Position numbers and translations under genes: made by a program. The notes below the pieces were generated by a model. It was not told the DNA's origin and made no database searches. It was given only the letters and a program-made list of their open reading frames with translations. A DNA stretch of 63,877 bases, filler included, from Octopus bimaculoides (lineage: Eukaryota), in the NCBI RefSeq assembly GCF_001194135.2. It is 4 parts of 4 records of this genome, joined end to end, with 100 filler letters (N's around TTAATTAATTAA, not from the genome) between each part and the next. Parts side by side here need not be neighbours in the genome. Positions count along the whole stretch, not along the records: positions 19,743 to 31,672 come from NC_068987.1; positions 31,773 to 58,390 come from NC_068981.1; 2 more parts are not named here. One strand, given 5' to 3'. This document shows, piece after piece, positions 27,644 to 40,930 of this stretch; the first letter of the stretch is position 1, and each line of letters opens with the position of its first letter.

Positions 27644-28279
27644 TTGTTTGTATGTGTGTGTGTATGTGTGTGTGTATAGGGTGTGTAGTGACACTAATTA
27701 TGAATGTCAGTATTAACGTTGAAAGAAAATACTTCAGATAAGTGTTCTGCATATGAGATATAAATAGGGGAGGGTTTCAGATACGTAAAAATTTCGTTCA
27801 ACTAGAAAAGGGGCAAGTAGTTAGAAGTTTAAAATGTAAAACCAACAAACAAGGGAATTAACTCCATTACGATCCGATAATCGTAACTTTGCAATGTAGA
27901 CGAAAACAGGTTGGAGTATTCAATGTTTTAATGTTATGTTACACAATTGTCATCTCCAAATTTGGCGCGTACATATACACGCTGCTTGGATCATTGTAAA
28001 ATGCTGCATATTTAGATACACAGAAAACCATAGTTGTGAATATATGCGTTTAACCGCCATGTGGTCTAGAGATTGATCCTATTGCATAGTTGACCCAATC
28101 TTTGAGAGTGATATTGGGTAGACAGAAAACGTGGAAACACGTCGAATATACTGTAACTGTAGTTCAAGTGTTCTATCTTGTAATATAATGTCAGTACCAC
28201 GAAACGTCAGTTGTTTGAACAATTCGATGTCGACGGACATCGAAAGTTTGGCAGAAGGTCAGCAACTTCGTAAGTGAGT

Positions 28280-28445
28280 AAGTCAATTACATCGAACTCC
28301 TGCATTCAACTGGTACTTTTGTTATCGACCCCGAAAGAGTGAAAGGCAAATTCGTCCTCGGCGGAATTTGAACTTAGAATGTAAAGACGTACGAAATACC
28401 GCTAAGAATTTTGCCCGAGGAGCTAAAATGTTTGCCCTCTTACCA
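28280..28445 (-). mobile_element. SINE family A copy
   Basis: ctggtacttttgttatcgaccccgaaagagtgaaaggcaaattcgtcctcggcggaatttgaac. Confidence 0.8.
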
Positions 28446-30176
28446 CCTTCAGAGGATCTCATCACTTTTGAAATCAGTTATTGTTTGATGTAATGTAATG
28501 CGTTAATTTTGAAGATACAATTTTCACCCACACCACACAAAATGAACAACTATAATCAAAAAACGAAACAAGGAAAAACTACAGCGACCAGCATATATAC
28601 ATACACATATATAGAATATAAATTATAAATAATAAAATAATCGTTTCTTTAAATCACATGCCTAAAAGTTGATATATAAAACTACACTTTGATAATGAAG
28701 TATAAGATAATATAGTATTTAGGAAATCTAAAAATAAAAGACAGAATAGCCATTGACTGAATGCTTTTAATGGTATATATCATCAGTGAATACTAAAATA
28801 TAGTCTGGAAAAGTGAAAATAAAAGGCACTCATGTCCTACGATAGTTACAGAACAGCTCAGTTGCAATGTGAGTATTTCGACGTTGTGATTTAAAAATTT
28901 CTAGCTTTTTGTGGGGGTAGTTTAGTAAAACAAAAAATGTATTTATAATAGATCTGAGAAGTGAGTAGCGATATTTTCATTGTCTAAAACGTTTAGTGAA
29001 ATGTATTGGGGATTGAAGTTATTCGTATTTCTAATGAAGAGGTAAATAGAATTGAATCTTGTAGGACATTTGCATTCCTAGTGTAGATTTGAAATAGCAG
29101 TTATAAAATAATTTGCCTAGTCTCTGATATAAATGTAAAATGTGGCATTTGAAAGATAGTTTAGTTCGCTATCAGCTCCAATGTCTATTAGCAATCGCAA
29201 ATCCCATCTATCAAAGATAAAGCAATTAAACTCTTATTTCCGTAACAGAAAATCGACTACTTAATGTAGTTTATTCGAATAGAAAGTTGCAAGATAACAA
29301 AACTTGTAAGATAATGCATTTATTCTGATGTTCTTCAACCAAACAATAAAATGGTCTTGAAATTTATACAACTTACTAAAACACCTTGATACTATCAAGC
29401 ATGATAGCTTTACATGAATGAGCTTTTGGTGGTGGGTATAATTGCACTATTGAAAAATTGTGGCATTACAAATATAATAGTAAATGCAGAATGTAATAGT
29501 AAATGCAGAATGTAATAAAAAACACATAATTTATTAGCAATTTATAGGTTGAATTTTACCAATAACTTTTCTTCCTTTCTGAAGACACGTTAAGAAGATG
29601 AATGAAAAATCCTCAAGGAAAAGAGAGTAGCCTATTGTCTGTAGCTTTTATCGCGCGGGAAATTGAACTCGGTACTGATTGCTAAATGATCTCTTCTCAA
29701 TTCAACGGTGTTGAGCAGTTATCCTTTCAATAGCAGTGAATGCTGAACGATCTCTTCCATGGCGCTGACACTGTCATATTTACTTGAATAAATGTGGTGC
29801 TAACTATATAAACTATGAACCATGTGGGCTTGGATCGTCGTTGTTTTATTTGACTACTACTAATATACGGAACTGCCGATGAATGGAATCGAACGGTAAA
29901 TTTCTCGCTTTGGTTGATTGTCTGCTTACCTTATCGACTAAGCTGTCCGCATATTTGCCACTTGCCATTAAAATAAAGACCTCTCGTTGTTTAAGTTGCT
30001 ATGTGCATATACATGCAGGCTGGACCATTGTCAAGTGACCTATTATTGAAATTAATAGAAATCTGCATATCTCCTATCTTCCTGACACAACTCCCATAAA
30101 GCAACAAGAACACGTCAACAACAATAATGTTTTTGTTGTTCTTGTTGATAATTATGATGATGATTCTAATAATAGC

Positions 30177-30229
<53 letters not shown>

Positions 30230-30959
30230 CAACAACAATAATAATAGTAATAATAATGTAATTGAAATTAATAATAGAAATTAAGTTTTGATATTCATTA
30301 AAATTAAATGCAAATATCTGGTTAAATTGATTGTCCATCAGGCAAGAATAATAATGGTAAGAAGGATAGAGTAATAGAGCTTATGATCAGCTTGTCTTTC
30401 TATCATCTTAGCTGCCATCTCAGGGTTAATGAACTCACTCTGTTCAGTGCCATTTGCAACATTTACCATGTCTAAGCTTCAGTAACTAATTAAAACGGCA
30501 CAGAGTTCAAGGACCATTTACGGTATTAACTTGGCTCCGTATAATTGCATTTATCTTGATTATATTAACTTTCAACTGAAATTTGAGTTTGCTTCAGCAG
30601 CAACATTATGCCGATTTAACACTCTCTTTAGGTTGCTCTCTAGATATCCCTTTATACGACATATATTTACATTAGCGAATTTATGTATACTAATACATAC
30701 ACACACACGGACACACATATGTATGCAGGCATTCATATTCATATATATATTGATATATTTATGAATATAAATGTACACATATATACAGCCATACACACAG
30801 ACATACATACATGCATACATGCATACATGCATACATACCTACATACATACATACATACATACATTAATCAGCCAATCAGTAGCGATCATAAGTGCTTTCA
30901 TTGTTATTTAGTCATCACCCTCCAACCACCCATTTGATGAGCTATCGATCTACACAATA

Positions 30960-31350
30960 TTAATTTTATATCTTGCTTTGCGCTCTTTTTTCTTCAAATT
31001 TCTCCTCAATTCTGCCTTAGAGCATAGGCGAGATCAAACACATTATCTTGGCTCTCTGGATATGTCTGTAGAGATGAACTCGGGGAGTCTTTTATATGAC
31101 AATAATGTGACCTTGTCCAAAGTAAGTTTTTTATGAGAAGGATATCTTCTATAATTAATCCTACTACTCACTCTAGTGCTTCATTGTCAAAAAGCCTCTT
31201 CTGGAATAGTTTTATGCTTGAACACAGCTGTCTCGTTATGAAGCTATGGACGTTCGAAATGTTACTTCCGTACCATGTTATTGCACCGGCGAAGGCTGGA
31301 TGGAACAATAAACCTAGAGGTCCATTTGTTTTTCCAACAACAAAAGAGCC
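30960..31350 (-). mobile_element. Degenerate Penelope-like RT fragment (frameshifted, fingers/palm region)
   Basis: Composite minus-strand translation ..VHSFI..KHKTIPEEA..EALE..LIIEDILLIKN..SHYCHIK resembles PLE RT motifs (PSFIRD..LPKTIPE..; FIIEG..LIL.NN....HY.QIKG) as recalled. Confidence 0.45.
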
Positions 31351-31355
31351 ACTCG

Positions 31356-31672
31356 TAAGTGTATGTGTTACAACGCCAATATCCCTCCACACTCATAGAT
31401 CTTGGAATAATACGTGCCAAGGAACTTGACAAAAACACACTAAAAACCAACCAACATAATAACACACCCAACCCCAAAGTACTTCCATACATCTCCACCC
31501 ATAACCTCAATAACATCGAAGCATTCACCACAATTAAACAAAACCTCCCCTTACTCACCACAGACCCGAAAATGAACAATATCATTAATACACACAAAGT
31601 CCTTAAATGCAAAAGGCAACATAAATCTTTGAAAACATTATTAACCAATTCCAAACTACATACACCACTTCC
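31356..31672 (+). mobile_element. Penelope-like element ORF fragment (RT thumb to GIY-YIG linker)
   Basis: LQRQYPSTLIDLGIIRAKELD..LPYISTHNLNN..KRQHKSLKTLLTNSK matches the PLE pattern RQYP..LI..GI.RA / LP(F/Y)..T(H/Y)NP / RQP.(N/S)LK..LT..K; runs into a gap. Confidence 0.8.
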
Positions 31673-31859
31673 NNNNNNNNNNNNNNNNNNNNNNNNNNNN
31701 NNNNNNNNNNNNNNNNTTAATTAATTAANNNNNNNNNNNNNNNNNNNNNNNNNNNNNNNNNNNNNNNNNNNNTATATATACACAAATGTATATATATATA
31801 TGTATACATACATATATTATAATCTGTGTGTGTGTGTGTGTGTGTATAAAATGAACTGT

Positions 31860-32260
31860 GAACTTATATCCTTATTTCTTTACTCTCTACTCTTCTGTTT
31901 CATCGCTCATTATCTGCGAATTTTCCATGTCTAAATCTTTTATCTGACTATTTCCATGTCTAGATCTGTCATATGTTCTCTACTTGTCTCTCATGACAGA
32001 ATACCCCATATTCAGGCATACTTGCCTTTCACTTGGTATATCCCAGAAACAGCTGTAAGACCTCAACTAATTTAAGAATAATATAAAATAATGTATATGA
32101 CTTGAGATGCTTGTTATACCATTGCGTTTGTTATCCTCTTTCACAAATATATATCTGCTAAATTGGAAACCTAAAATGGATCCCTAGCTCCTGTCTTGGA
32201 ACCCTGATAATTGAACTAAACCCACATATTCTATATGTATATACATATATACCATATATA
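31860..32260 (+). mobile_element. PLE-type terminal repeat (pLTR-like), homologous to 52950-53325
   Basis: Shared ttgtctct.atgac..aatacc...cacttgg.atatcccagaaacagctgtaagac...atgacttgaga...gaactaaacc. Confidence 0.7.
31986..32061 (+). ncRNA. Hammerhead motif with core mutation (CTCATGA)
   Basis: GTCT CTCATGA ... GAAAC AGCT GTA AGAC; G5>C. Confidence 0.7.
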
Positions 32261-32359
32261 TACAATATGCAATATACAAATTGGCTGATTAAAATCACAA
32301 ACAGTTCAATGTTGATAAGTTTCAAGCACCCCACTATTGGCCCACAAACAGACTACAAT

Positions 32360-32812
32360 CAGTATACATAGGACCATGGGGTAGTGCAATCCCAGAGTTA
32401 GAATCCATGTGTGACCTGGAATCCATATGAGCAGTGATGCAACATTCCATGTGCATTGCGCCAGGATGGCAAAACTGTACAGGCAAGTAGCTAGATGGAT
32501 CCTTAGATCATTCAAAACCAGAAATAAGGATACTTTGCTACTCTTATAGGAGACATTTGTCCTCAGTCACCTGAATTACTGCTCTTATCTGTGGTCAACA
32601 CAGAGCATCAAATTAGTGGAAGAACTTGAGGCAATCCAGCGCCACTGCACAAAGAAGATTGACTCAGTGAAACAGACGAGCTACTGGGAGAAATTTCAAG
32701 AATTGAAGCTCTACTCCCTGAAGAGAAGGCAAGAAAGGTACACAGTGATATACATATGGCAGATCCTGGAAGGTCTAGCTCCCAACTTTGGAATTAAAAG
32801 CTATAATAACCC
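32360..32812 (+). mobile_element. CR1-clade LINE ORF2 C-terminal fragment
   Basis: ..CDLGIHMSSDATFHVH..WILRSFKTR..LSHLNYCS.LWS..LEAIQR..SYWEK..LKLYSL.RRQERY..IYIWQILEGLAPN; stops and frameshifts present. Confidence 0.9.
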
Positions 32813-32921
32813 TCCACAGAAATTGCTAGCCTTGAGCTAAAATTTTGAAATTATTACTATTATTATTAGTTTGTCTTCTGAAGAATCACAGTAACAACAG
32901 AGAATCAGTAAATTACAGTGA

Positions 32922-32924
<3 letters not shown>

Positions 32925-32999
<75 letters not shown>

Positions 33000-33000
33000 C
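32925..33000. repeat. (GT)n microsatellite
   Basis: Direct reading. Confidence 0.95.
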
Positions 33001-35339
33001 GTGCGCGTTCGTGCGTGCGCACACACTTGCACATTAAAGTGAACCAAGTTCTACTTGGTTAAGACCTGTTGTTGGAACAGGTAGTATCTCAACTTGTAAT
33101 GTTGCTTTCTATCTGAATTTCCTATAACAATAGAAAGAAAAAAAGTTAATTAATCTTTCAGATTTTATTTTAATTCCTTAATCTTATCAGTGGGGATGCT
33201 CTTAGATTATTAAATCCATGTTCTTTAACTATGAAAATCATTCTGATGTCTGCTTAAGTTTTATCTTTCTGGGGCTTTTTCTTTTCTCTCTTCTTTATCT
33301 GATACTTTTAAAGGACTAAAGTGCTTCTATTCAAACATCTCCATACTTTTATCTTGTCATCTATGCCTTCACAATCAATAAAATTCCCTTACCATTTCCC
33401 CTTATACACTACTACTACTACTACTACCTTTCCCCCACCATTTCTAAATCTGTTGTCTTTATGCTCCCTTTTATCAAGATTATTTCTACTTTTTCATACC
33501 ACAGATACTGTCCCATAATTTTCTTTACTTCCTAAGAAACTTCTTTGCTTTATTTTCCCTTCAGCATCCTTCCCCCCCCCCCTTGCTGCTGCTGCAATGC
33601 TCAGGCTGCTAATGCTGCTGCTACTATTGTGGCTGTTGCTGCTGCTGTTGTTCTTCTGTTGTATGCAACAGTTTTCTATCCTAACTTCTATCACTGCTGA
33701 CAATCTTCATTATTTCTCCCACTCCCTCCCCTCTCCTCCTCCTCCTCCTCCTCCTCCTCTCTCTCTCCACTTGCCCCATGCATGCTGCCTGTTGTCTTGG
33801 CAAAAGGATGAGTCAGACAGAATGAAGCTTCCTGCAGATAATAGTGTGGATATCCAACAGTTGTTCATAGGATTGTCTGGGCCAGTCTCTTCTTTGACAC
33901 AACTTAATATATATTGGCAACTAGGCCCAGAGACTTGTTGAAGACTTTGCCATTATTGGCACCAGTATTTCTACTGGCTTTCATTCCTGCACAGTGTCTG
34001 TAGAAGAAAACAGGCAGAATGGAAAGGGATTAGATTAAATAGTTAGAGAGAAGGGGACGGTGACAAGAAGAGGAAGAGAAAGAGAGCGAATGTGTTTCTG
34101 TTTGGATAGGAGTGGAAATATAAACAACAGGGAGGGAGGTTAGGGAAGGGGGAAGGAAGAGAAAAAGGAGGAGGAGTTACATGAGATGATATTAAAGAGA
34201 GAGGGGGTGTGTCTTCAGAGAATAAACTGAGTAGAATGATGTCTGTGGGATATTAACTCTGGATTCTCTCCTATGTACACCACCCTAACATTTGTATAGC
34301 AACTATTGGCGGATGGTGGTGATGGATATTGTTGGGCTGTGTTGGGTGGTTTAGTGTGTTTGGTGGATGGGAGTGGGCAGTGATGGTGGTGGGTGGGTGG
34401 TTGTGAATGGTGGTAGTTTATGGGAAATGGTGTTCCCTTGTTGCTGTTGTTGTTGTTGTGGCAGTGGCGGTGGTGGTGGTGGTGGTGGTGGATGATGAAG
34501 GAAGTAGTGGAATAATGTTGTGTGATGATAGGTGATGGTGGGTGATGATGTATGAAGTATTTCTACTTTGAATCCTGATAGAATTGCAAGGCAATTCAAT
34601 CGGAACAGTTGTGATTCTTGAATGTTATACTGTTGTATGAATAAATAAGTCAGCACCAGTTGGGTAGTATTGGTCTTTTACTAAGGAGATATTACCACAA
34701 ACAACCAAACAGAACATGGAGAAAAGATAGTATTTTGGTTATTGATTGGCTTTAGTAGCAGTAGCAGTAGCAGCAGTAGCAGTAGTAGTAGCAGTAGTAG
34801 TAGCAGTAGCAGTAGTAGTAGTAGCAGCAGTAATAGTGGTAGGATTCTTCTCTGTACTAAGTTTCTAGCTAAAGACTCATGCATGCTAATCGCTGTTGTG
34901 ACTCAGTCATTCCATCTCAAAAGGTTGCATGTCCTTCTTCCCCACCACTTCCTAATTTTTCCCAAACTATTTATTGCTGTCATTAACTGTATTGTTATTT
35001 ATAGCACAGTGTGTGGATGATAGGTGGGTGGGTTTAGAGTTATGTTGTTGTTGTTGTTGTTGTTGCTTTGGTGGCTGTGAGATATCCAAGAATATGATGA
35101 TCATTATAGTATGTGGTAGCAGCAGCCATTTGGTGGTCATAATGGTGGTGGTGATGGTGGCGGAAATAGTTGTTGTTGTTTTTCATCCCAAGTCAGACAT
35201 TATCGCATAGGCATTCAAGGAGTGATTTTGCTGTTGTTACCAGCAGGTCAAACAACTGCATACAAGGCTCTTTCCTTGACTTGGAATGGGAAGGATTAGT
35301 TCTAGAAATATTGATACAGATTGAAATGGCTAAATAATG

Positions 35340-35379
<40 letters not shown>

Positions 35380-35545
35380 GGTGGTGGTAGTAGTGTTGGC
35401 AGTGGTTATAGTGGTGGCATTTGTAGTAGTATTAATAGTTGCAATGCTAGTAATAATTGGCAATGATAGTAATAAGAAACAGCAGATGTAACACTATTAC
35501 TTCTGTTGCTGCTAGCACTGGTGGTGGCAGTGGTGGTGGTAGTAA

Positions 35546-35590
<45 letters not shown>

Positions 35591-37139
35591 ATGGCAAGGG
35601 TATCAGATATGATTGAGTGGGCGGTTGTAACCCTGACTTATTATCCACATTCACAATTAAACGGGAATAAATGTCAGGAAAAGTTACACAGAAAGCATTA
35701 AGCTGAAATGAGATTTCTGAATAAATGTTGTTATTATTGGCATTGTTGCTGTTATTGCTTAGCCCCAGGTTGGTTCTGATCAACGTAGAACAACTCTGAC
35801 CTTTTGCCCACAACACAGCATATACTGATACATAGGGATTATTATCGTTATTGCTTATCACTAAGTTTGCCTCATTGAGCAGAAGATCTGTAATTCAAAA
35901 TGTTCCTGTCATGATTATCACATAATGCTTATACTGTGTATTAACCAAAGCCTTATGAGTGATATTAGGTCAGCAAAAACTATGCAGAAGCCCAGTAGAA
36001 AGACTATTCTTGTTCTTTGGGGATAGACATGACTGTTACATAGTTTATCTGGCCCTTTGGGTACCACTAACAGAGTCTAGTGTGTTGCAAATATTCAGCT
36101 CAAGTGTTTGCTCTGAATATAACTTCCTCTCTTCTCCCTACCAGTTTCAGAGGGTCTGAAAAAAAGGGTCATGGATGCTGCCCGTCTTCCTCTAAGTTAC
36201 CAAAAAAATAAATAAATAAAATTATATTCCAAGTTGATTGAAAATATTTACCCTTTTTAAAAACTTTCAGAATCAGTTTTCTATAATATTGTCACATAGA
36301 ACATTCCATCCTTTTCTAATATCATTATCCTGGCCAATCTGAGAGGACGGGTAAAAATTTTTAATATCATCCTCCTGACTAATTTGAAGACACCAGCAAA
36401 AGTTTTAAATATTTCACCATGTTTTCTTACTATAACACATAAATATCTGTCACCTTTCGATAAGTATTCTTCTAAGATTCAGAGAGAAGAGCTTTATTAT
36501 GAAGACACACTATCTTAATGCTAAGAATCTTTGTTTCGAATGCTGTATCCATCCATGAAGGTTTTTAAACTTCAAGCTGTTGCAAAAAAAGAACCTCACA
36601 GAAAATGTATACATAGAGACCAAAAGTAGTTTAAATAATAAAAATATAAAATGCCTTCCATAAAGTTCAAACTGAACATTGTTTTGTTTCAGCAGTGCTA
36701 TATGTAAGAATTTTATTCAATACTTCATCAGATCATCAATGGACAAAAAAAAAAACGTACCTTCCTAACTTTAATAGAATCAATAATACTTCAGACCAAG
36801 TATTTTGTGATATTTAGCTACATCTCTCTGCATTTTCAACTTTGCCCTTTATTCCACAGGGGTTGATAATATAAATCATGAATTATATGCCCCTTTCTCC
36901 AATTTATGGCCCTGTGGCTATGATAAAAGTCATTACTAAAGGTACCTGTCTGTACAGAGTACTCTGTCTACACATGATACTTATTAACACTAAACATCTG
37001 TTTACATAAGATACTTTGTCTATATATGGTTGCTTTTGCCTACATGTGCTACAATGTGATAGAGTACAAAAGGTACTCTATCTGCACACAATACCTGTCT
37101 ACACAAAGTACTCAATAATTTCTTAATAAATTATGAAAG

Positions 37140-37455
37140 CACATGGCTTAGTGGTTAAGGTATTTGAATCTCAATCATAAGGTCACAAGTTAGATTCCCA
37201 GTGGCACATTGTGTCCTTGAGCAAGACACTTTATTTCACATTACTCCAGTCCACTCAGTTAGCAAATATGAGTACTACTTGTGATTCAAAAGGCCAGCCT
37301 TGTCACATTCTGTGTCATACTGAATCTCCCTAAGAACTACATTAAGGGTACATGGAGTGCTCAGCCACTTACATTTTAATTTCACAAGCAGGCTGTTCTG
37401 TTGATTGAATCAATGAAACACTTGTCATCATTGCCAACAGAGAGCCAGGCTGAAG
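37140..37455 (+). mobile_element. SINE family C-related copy
   Basis: gcacatggcttagtggttaagg...gtgtccttgagcaagacactttatttcacattactccagtccactcag. Confidence 0.7.
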
Positions 37456-38849
37456 CAGTATAAATTTGCTTGAAATTTATTTAAATGAATTAACCATTTT
37501 ATGGTGCAGGTATGGCTCATATTTATGAAGTTTGCTTCACAACCATATAGTTCTAAAATATGATCACACTGTATAGCATTTTAGGAAATACCTTCTAAAA
37601 CAAACCTGTGTCAAGTAAAGTTGTGAAAATGAAATTTAAGAGATGGAAGCTGTGAGGAACCCAATCGTATATTTGTTTTTGCCTGTACATAGATCTGTAT
37701 GAAATAAGGAGATCAGTGCATTGAATTCCTCATTTTATTTATTTCTGCCCATGTTTTATCCACTTACACCAAGATCAACTTGCCTTTCATTCCTTGATAA
37801 AATAAAAGAGAAAGTACTGGGTTCTATAATATAAATAACTAAAACACTTGAAGATAATGCCCCAGTATGGCCACAATCATATGGATAAAGCAGTAAAAAA
37901 GAAATAAAAAGCCATAATTAAGATTCTGCTAGAAGTTTCATCCATATTTTAAGTACATTTATCCTCGGTTCTTAGAACATCCATTAGCCTCTATTAATGG
38001 CTATGGTTTCATAAATGCAGATATATTCAGATTATAGAAACTTTTCTGTTCTGTTGAAGCTATTATGTAAATTCATGAGATATTTAGATTGAAAAATAAT
38101 GTTTAACTTATATCAAGACTATGAGAAAAGACCAAGATATATCAAAAATGTTATGTATGACATTCTTTTCCTTTTTCAAGTCATTTCATATTAATAGTTT
38201 AAAATTTTTTTTCACCCTCAAACAAAATATTTACTGCTCACATTTTCTTTACACAAATATACATTGATATGTGTGTGTTGCAAGTTTAGCGATGAGGGTA
38301 GGGAGAGATGGTGGAATGAAATATCGAGGATGATACAAAAGGAAAGAATTGGTAATCATTAAAATAAAATAAAGACAAAATGAAATTACTTGGAAATCAG
38401 AATGAGAGATGTCATATCTACCAGACTTGCAGCCAACTATTATACTGATGAACATCCACGTACGTACATATGTATGTATGTATGTATGTATGTATGCACA
38501 TATGCATGCACATACACATGTATACCATCATAGTATCATCATCGTTTTAACATACCTTTTTCCCATGCTTGAATGGGTCACATGGAATGTGTTGGGGGCA
38601 CATATTCTTTGGCTGGGATGCCTTTCCAGTCACCAACACCCTCACCTGTTTCCAATGAATATAACCCTGTTTGAATGAAACTTTTGTTTGCAAACATTAT
38701 GCAACATGCAAAGACATACCAACAAACGTAGACAATGCTTTTTCAGCTGACTGCAAGAAAAGGACACCATCTGTATTGACAGCAAGGCTGTTGTACATAG
38801 TCAGCAAACACACATAAAAATGAGGGGAATACAAACTTAACACAAACAC

Positions 38850-38945
38850 ACGTTTACAGTTTCACAGACATACTGTTGCCCCCAGCCAACCAAAGTCTCG
38901 TGAGAGGATTTGAGAGCTAGAAACTGGAAGAAGCCTGTTGTATAT
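38850..38945 (-). mobile_element. SINE family B fragment
   Basis: Reverse complement similar to ggcttctttcagtttcc...aaatcc.ctcacaag.cttgg. Confidence 0.55.
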
Positions 38946-39044
38946 GTATAAATATATATACAGGATGTTTGGGTTAAATTTGAGTTTGTTAAAAGGAAAA
39001 GAAAACAGTGTTCCACCCAAAAATAAAAGTATTTTAAAAAAGGA

Positions 39045-39160
39045 AGAAGTATCAATTTGAATGTAGCTGGAAGATAACAGTTTACTTGATGTAGCCACCT
39101 TCAGCTTCTACTACAACTTCAAGATGGCTCCCGAACCTGGCACATGCATTTCTTACTGTA
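39045..39160 (-). mobile_element. Tc1/mariner-superfamily transposase C-terminal remnant
   Basis: Minus strand LRNACARFGSHLEVVVEAEGGYIK* resembles the AC.RFR.RLEAVI.A.GGYIE terminus. Confidence 0.7.
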
Positions 39161-39311
39161 TTCCTAGTAAGATTTTTCAAATACCTTCTGAATTTTGGCC
39201 ACAGCTTAGACATAGTGGTGCAGGCAGATCAGTTACTGTCTTTCTCAGCTGTACCCCACATATGAGTTGGTTTCAAAGAGTACTGAGATTAGTTATGTTT
39301 AATAAAAGATA

Positions 39312-39480
39312 AGTTATTTACCTCAGTTTCAACATCATCTTCTTCGAAATAGTCACCTTGTGCAACAATACACCAGTCCTAGTGTTTCTGTCACTTTTGC
39401 AATCTGTCCTGGAAGTTGTTTTTTACAAGTGAGCTGAGGACCTTCTGCGATCCACTCTTGATCTTGACAATGATCTTTGA
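39312..39480 (-). mobile_element. Mariner transposase C-terminal remnant
   Basis: Minus strand SQKVLSSL..NNFQD..QK*QKH*DWCIVAQGDYFEED; W.KRW..CI...GDYFE(G/E)D is the canonical mariner terminus. Confidence 0.8.
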
Positions 39481-39719
39481 GCTGCATTTTCATCTTACAG
39501 AAGAAATGAAAGTCTCTTATTCCTCTGTTGTTTCAAGACAAACGCATTCATATTCATATACATATACATATATGTATTATACATAATTTGCCATCACTGT
39601 CATTTTCACATCCACTTCCATGCTCACATGGATCAGCTAGAATTTTCTACAAACAGATGTCTTCTTGTTTATATACATACATGTGTGTGTATATATATAC
39701 ATATATTATTTTAAGCACT

Positions 39720-39976
39720 GGTACCATGTAAAAGTACTAGCACCACATAAAAGCGCCCATGCAGCGCTATGTAAAAGACTCATGCAATGCCACATAAAAG
39801 CACCCAGCACACTTCGTAAAGTGGTTTCACATTAGGAAGGGCATCCAGCCATAGAAACCATGTCAAATCAGACTGGAGTCTGGTACAGCTCCCCAACTTG
39901 CCTGCTCTGGTCAAACCATCTAAACCATGCCAGCATGGACAACAGATGTTAAATGATGATGATGATGATGATGATG
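39720..39976 (+). mobile_element. RTE-type 3' end with (GAT)n tail
   Basis: ggaagggcatccagcc..agaaacc...accatgccagcatggacaacagatgttaaatgatgatgat. Confidence 0.75.
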
Positions 39977-40054
39977 GTGATTATAAATTCAAAATTGGTT
40001 GATTTTTTTTTCATCAAATCCCGTGGAATTGTCAATGACACTGGTGTGCATGTA

Positions 40055-40930
40055 TAAGGTTTGATCAATAAGTATCCAGACTGTTGCCATAGTAATGAAG
40101 CTAAAGCATGCAGAGGGAAGCCACTTGGCACAGATTGACCTTGAACTCTGCTGTGCATGTGCACTAAGTTTTAATGTTCTAGCTTACTTCTGCTGTTTAC
40201 AGCAGTGCTTGGAAGGAAGGTGTGTAGCATGTGAGCGTCACATTGACCATGACAGAAAAAGTTGTCATGGCAGCACCTGCTCAGAAGCCAACACAAAGTT
40301 GCAGAAAGTGTATGGAGAGGAGTGTATGAGCTGCACACAAATGTACAAGTGGTTCGGACGTTTCCAAGATGCCCGAAAAATGTTGATATTGACGAACATT
40401 CTGGGAGACCCACAACCAGCGGAACTGAGAAAAACAACACAGATGTGCATGTTGCTGTGAGGGGAAATCGACAAATCATCATCAGTGTGTTATCAGAGGC
40501 TGTGCAGATTAGTTACGGTTCAGTTCAGTCCGTTATCACTGAAGATTTGTGTATGAGACACGTGTCTACCAAGTTTGTGCCAAGGCTGCTTTCAGCTGAC
40601 CAACAAAACACTCGGGTTTCAATTACACAAGATCTCCCTGATTGTGTGGAGAATGATGAAAGTTCTTTTAAAACTTTGCGTAGGCCTCTGAGCAGGTACT
40701 GCCAAGCTTTCGGCAAAATTTGATGCAGATTCTCTGCTCAACTTTTTCTGTTATGGTTAGTGTGATGATCACACGCTACACACTTTCCTTCCAAGCAGTG
40801 AGCTGAAACATTAAAACTTAATGCACATGCACAGCAGAGTTCAAGGTCAATCTTTGCCAAGCAGCTTCACTCTGCATACTTTAGTTTCGTTACTATGGCA
40901 ACAGTCCGGATACTTATTGATCAGACCACG
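40055..40930 (+). mobile_element. Non-autonomous mariner derivative, 876 bp, TA TSD, very long inverted arms
   Basis: TA at 40053-54 and 40931-32; inverted termini ggt.tgatcaataagtatcc.gactgttgccatag; internal frameshifted transposase N-terminus (LQKVYGEECMS..YKWF.RF..SGRPTTS..FVPRLLS.DQ) lacking the DDD domain. Confidence 0.9.
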
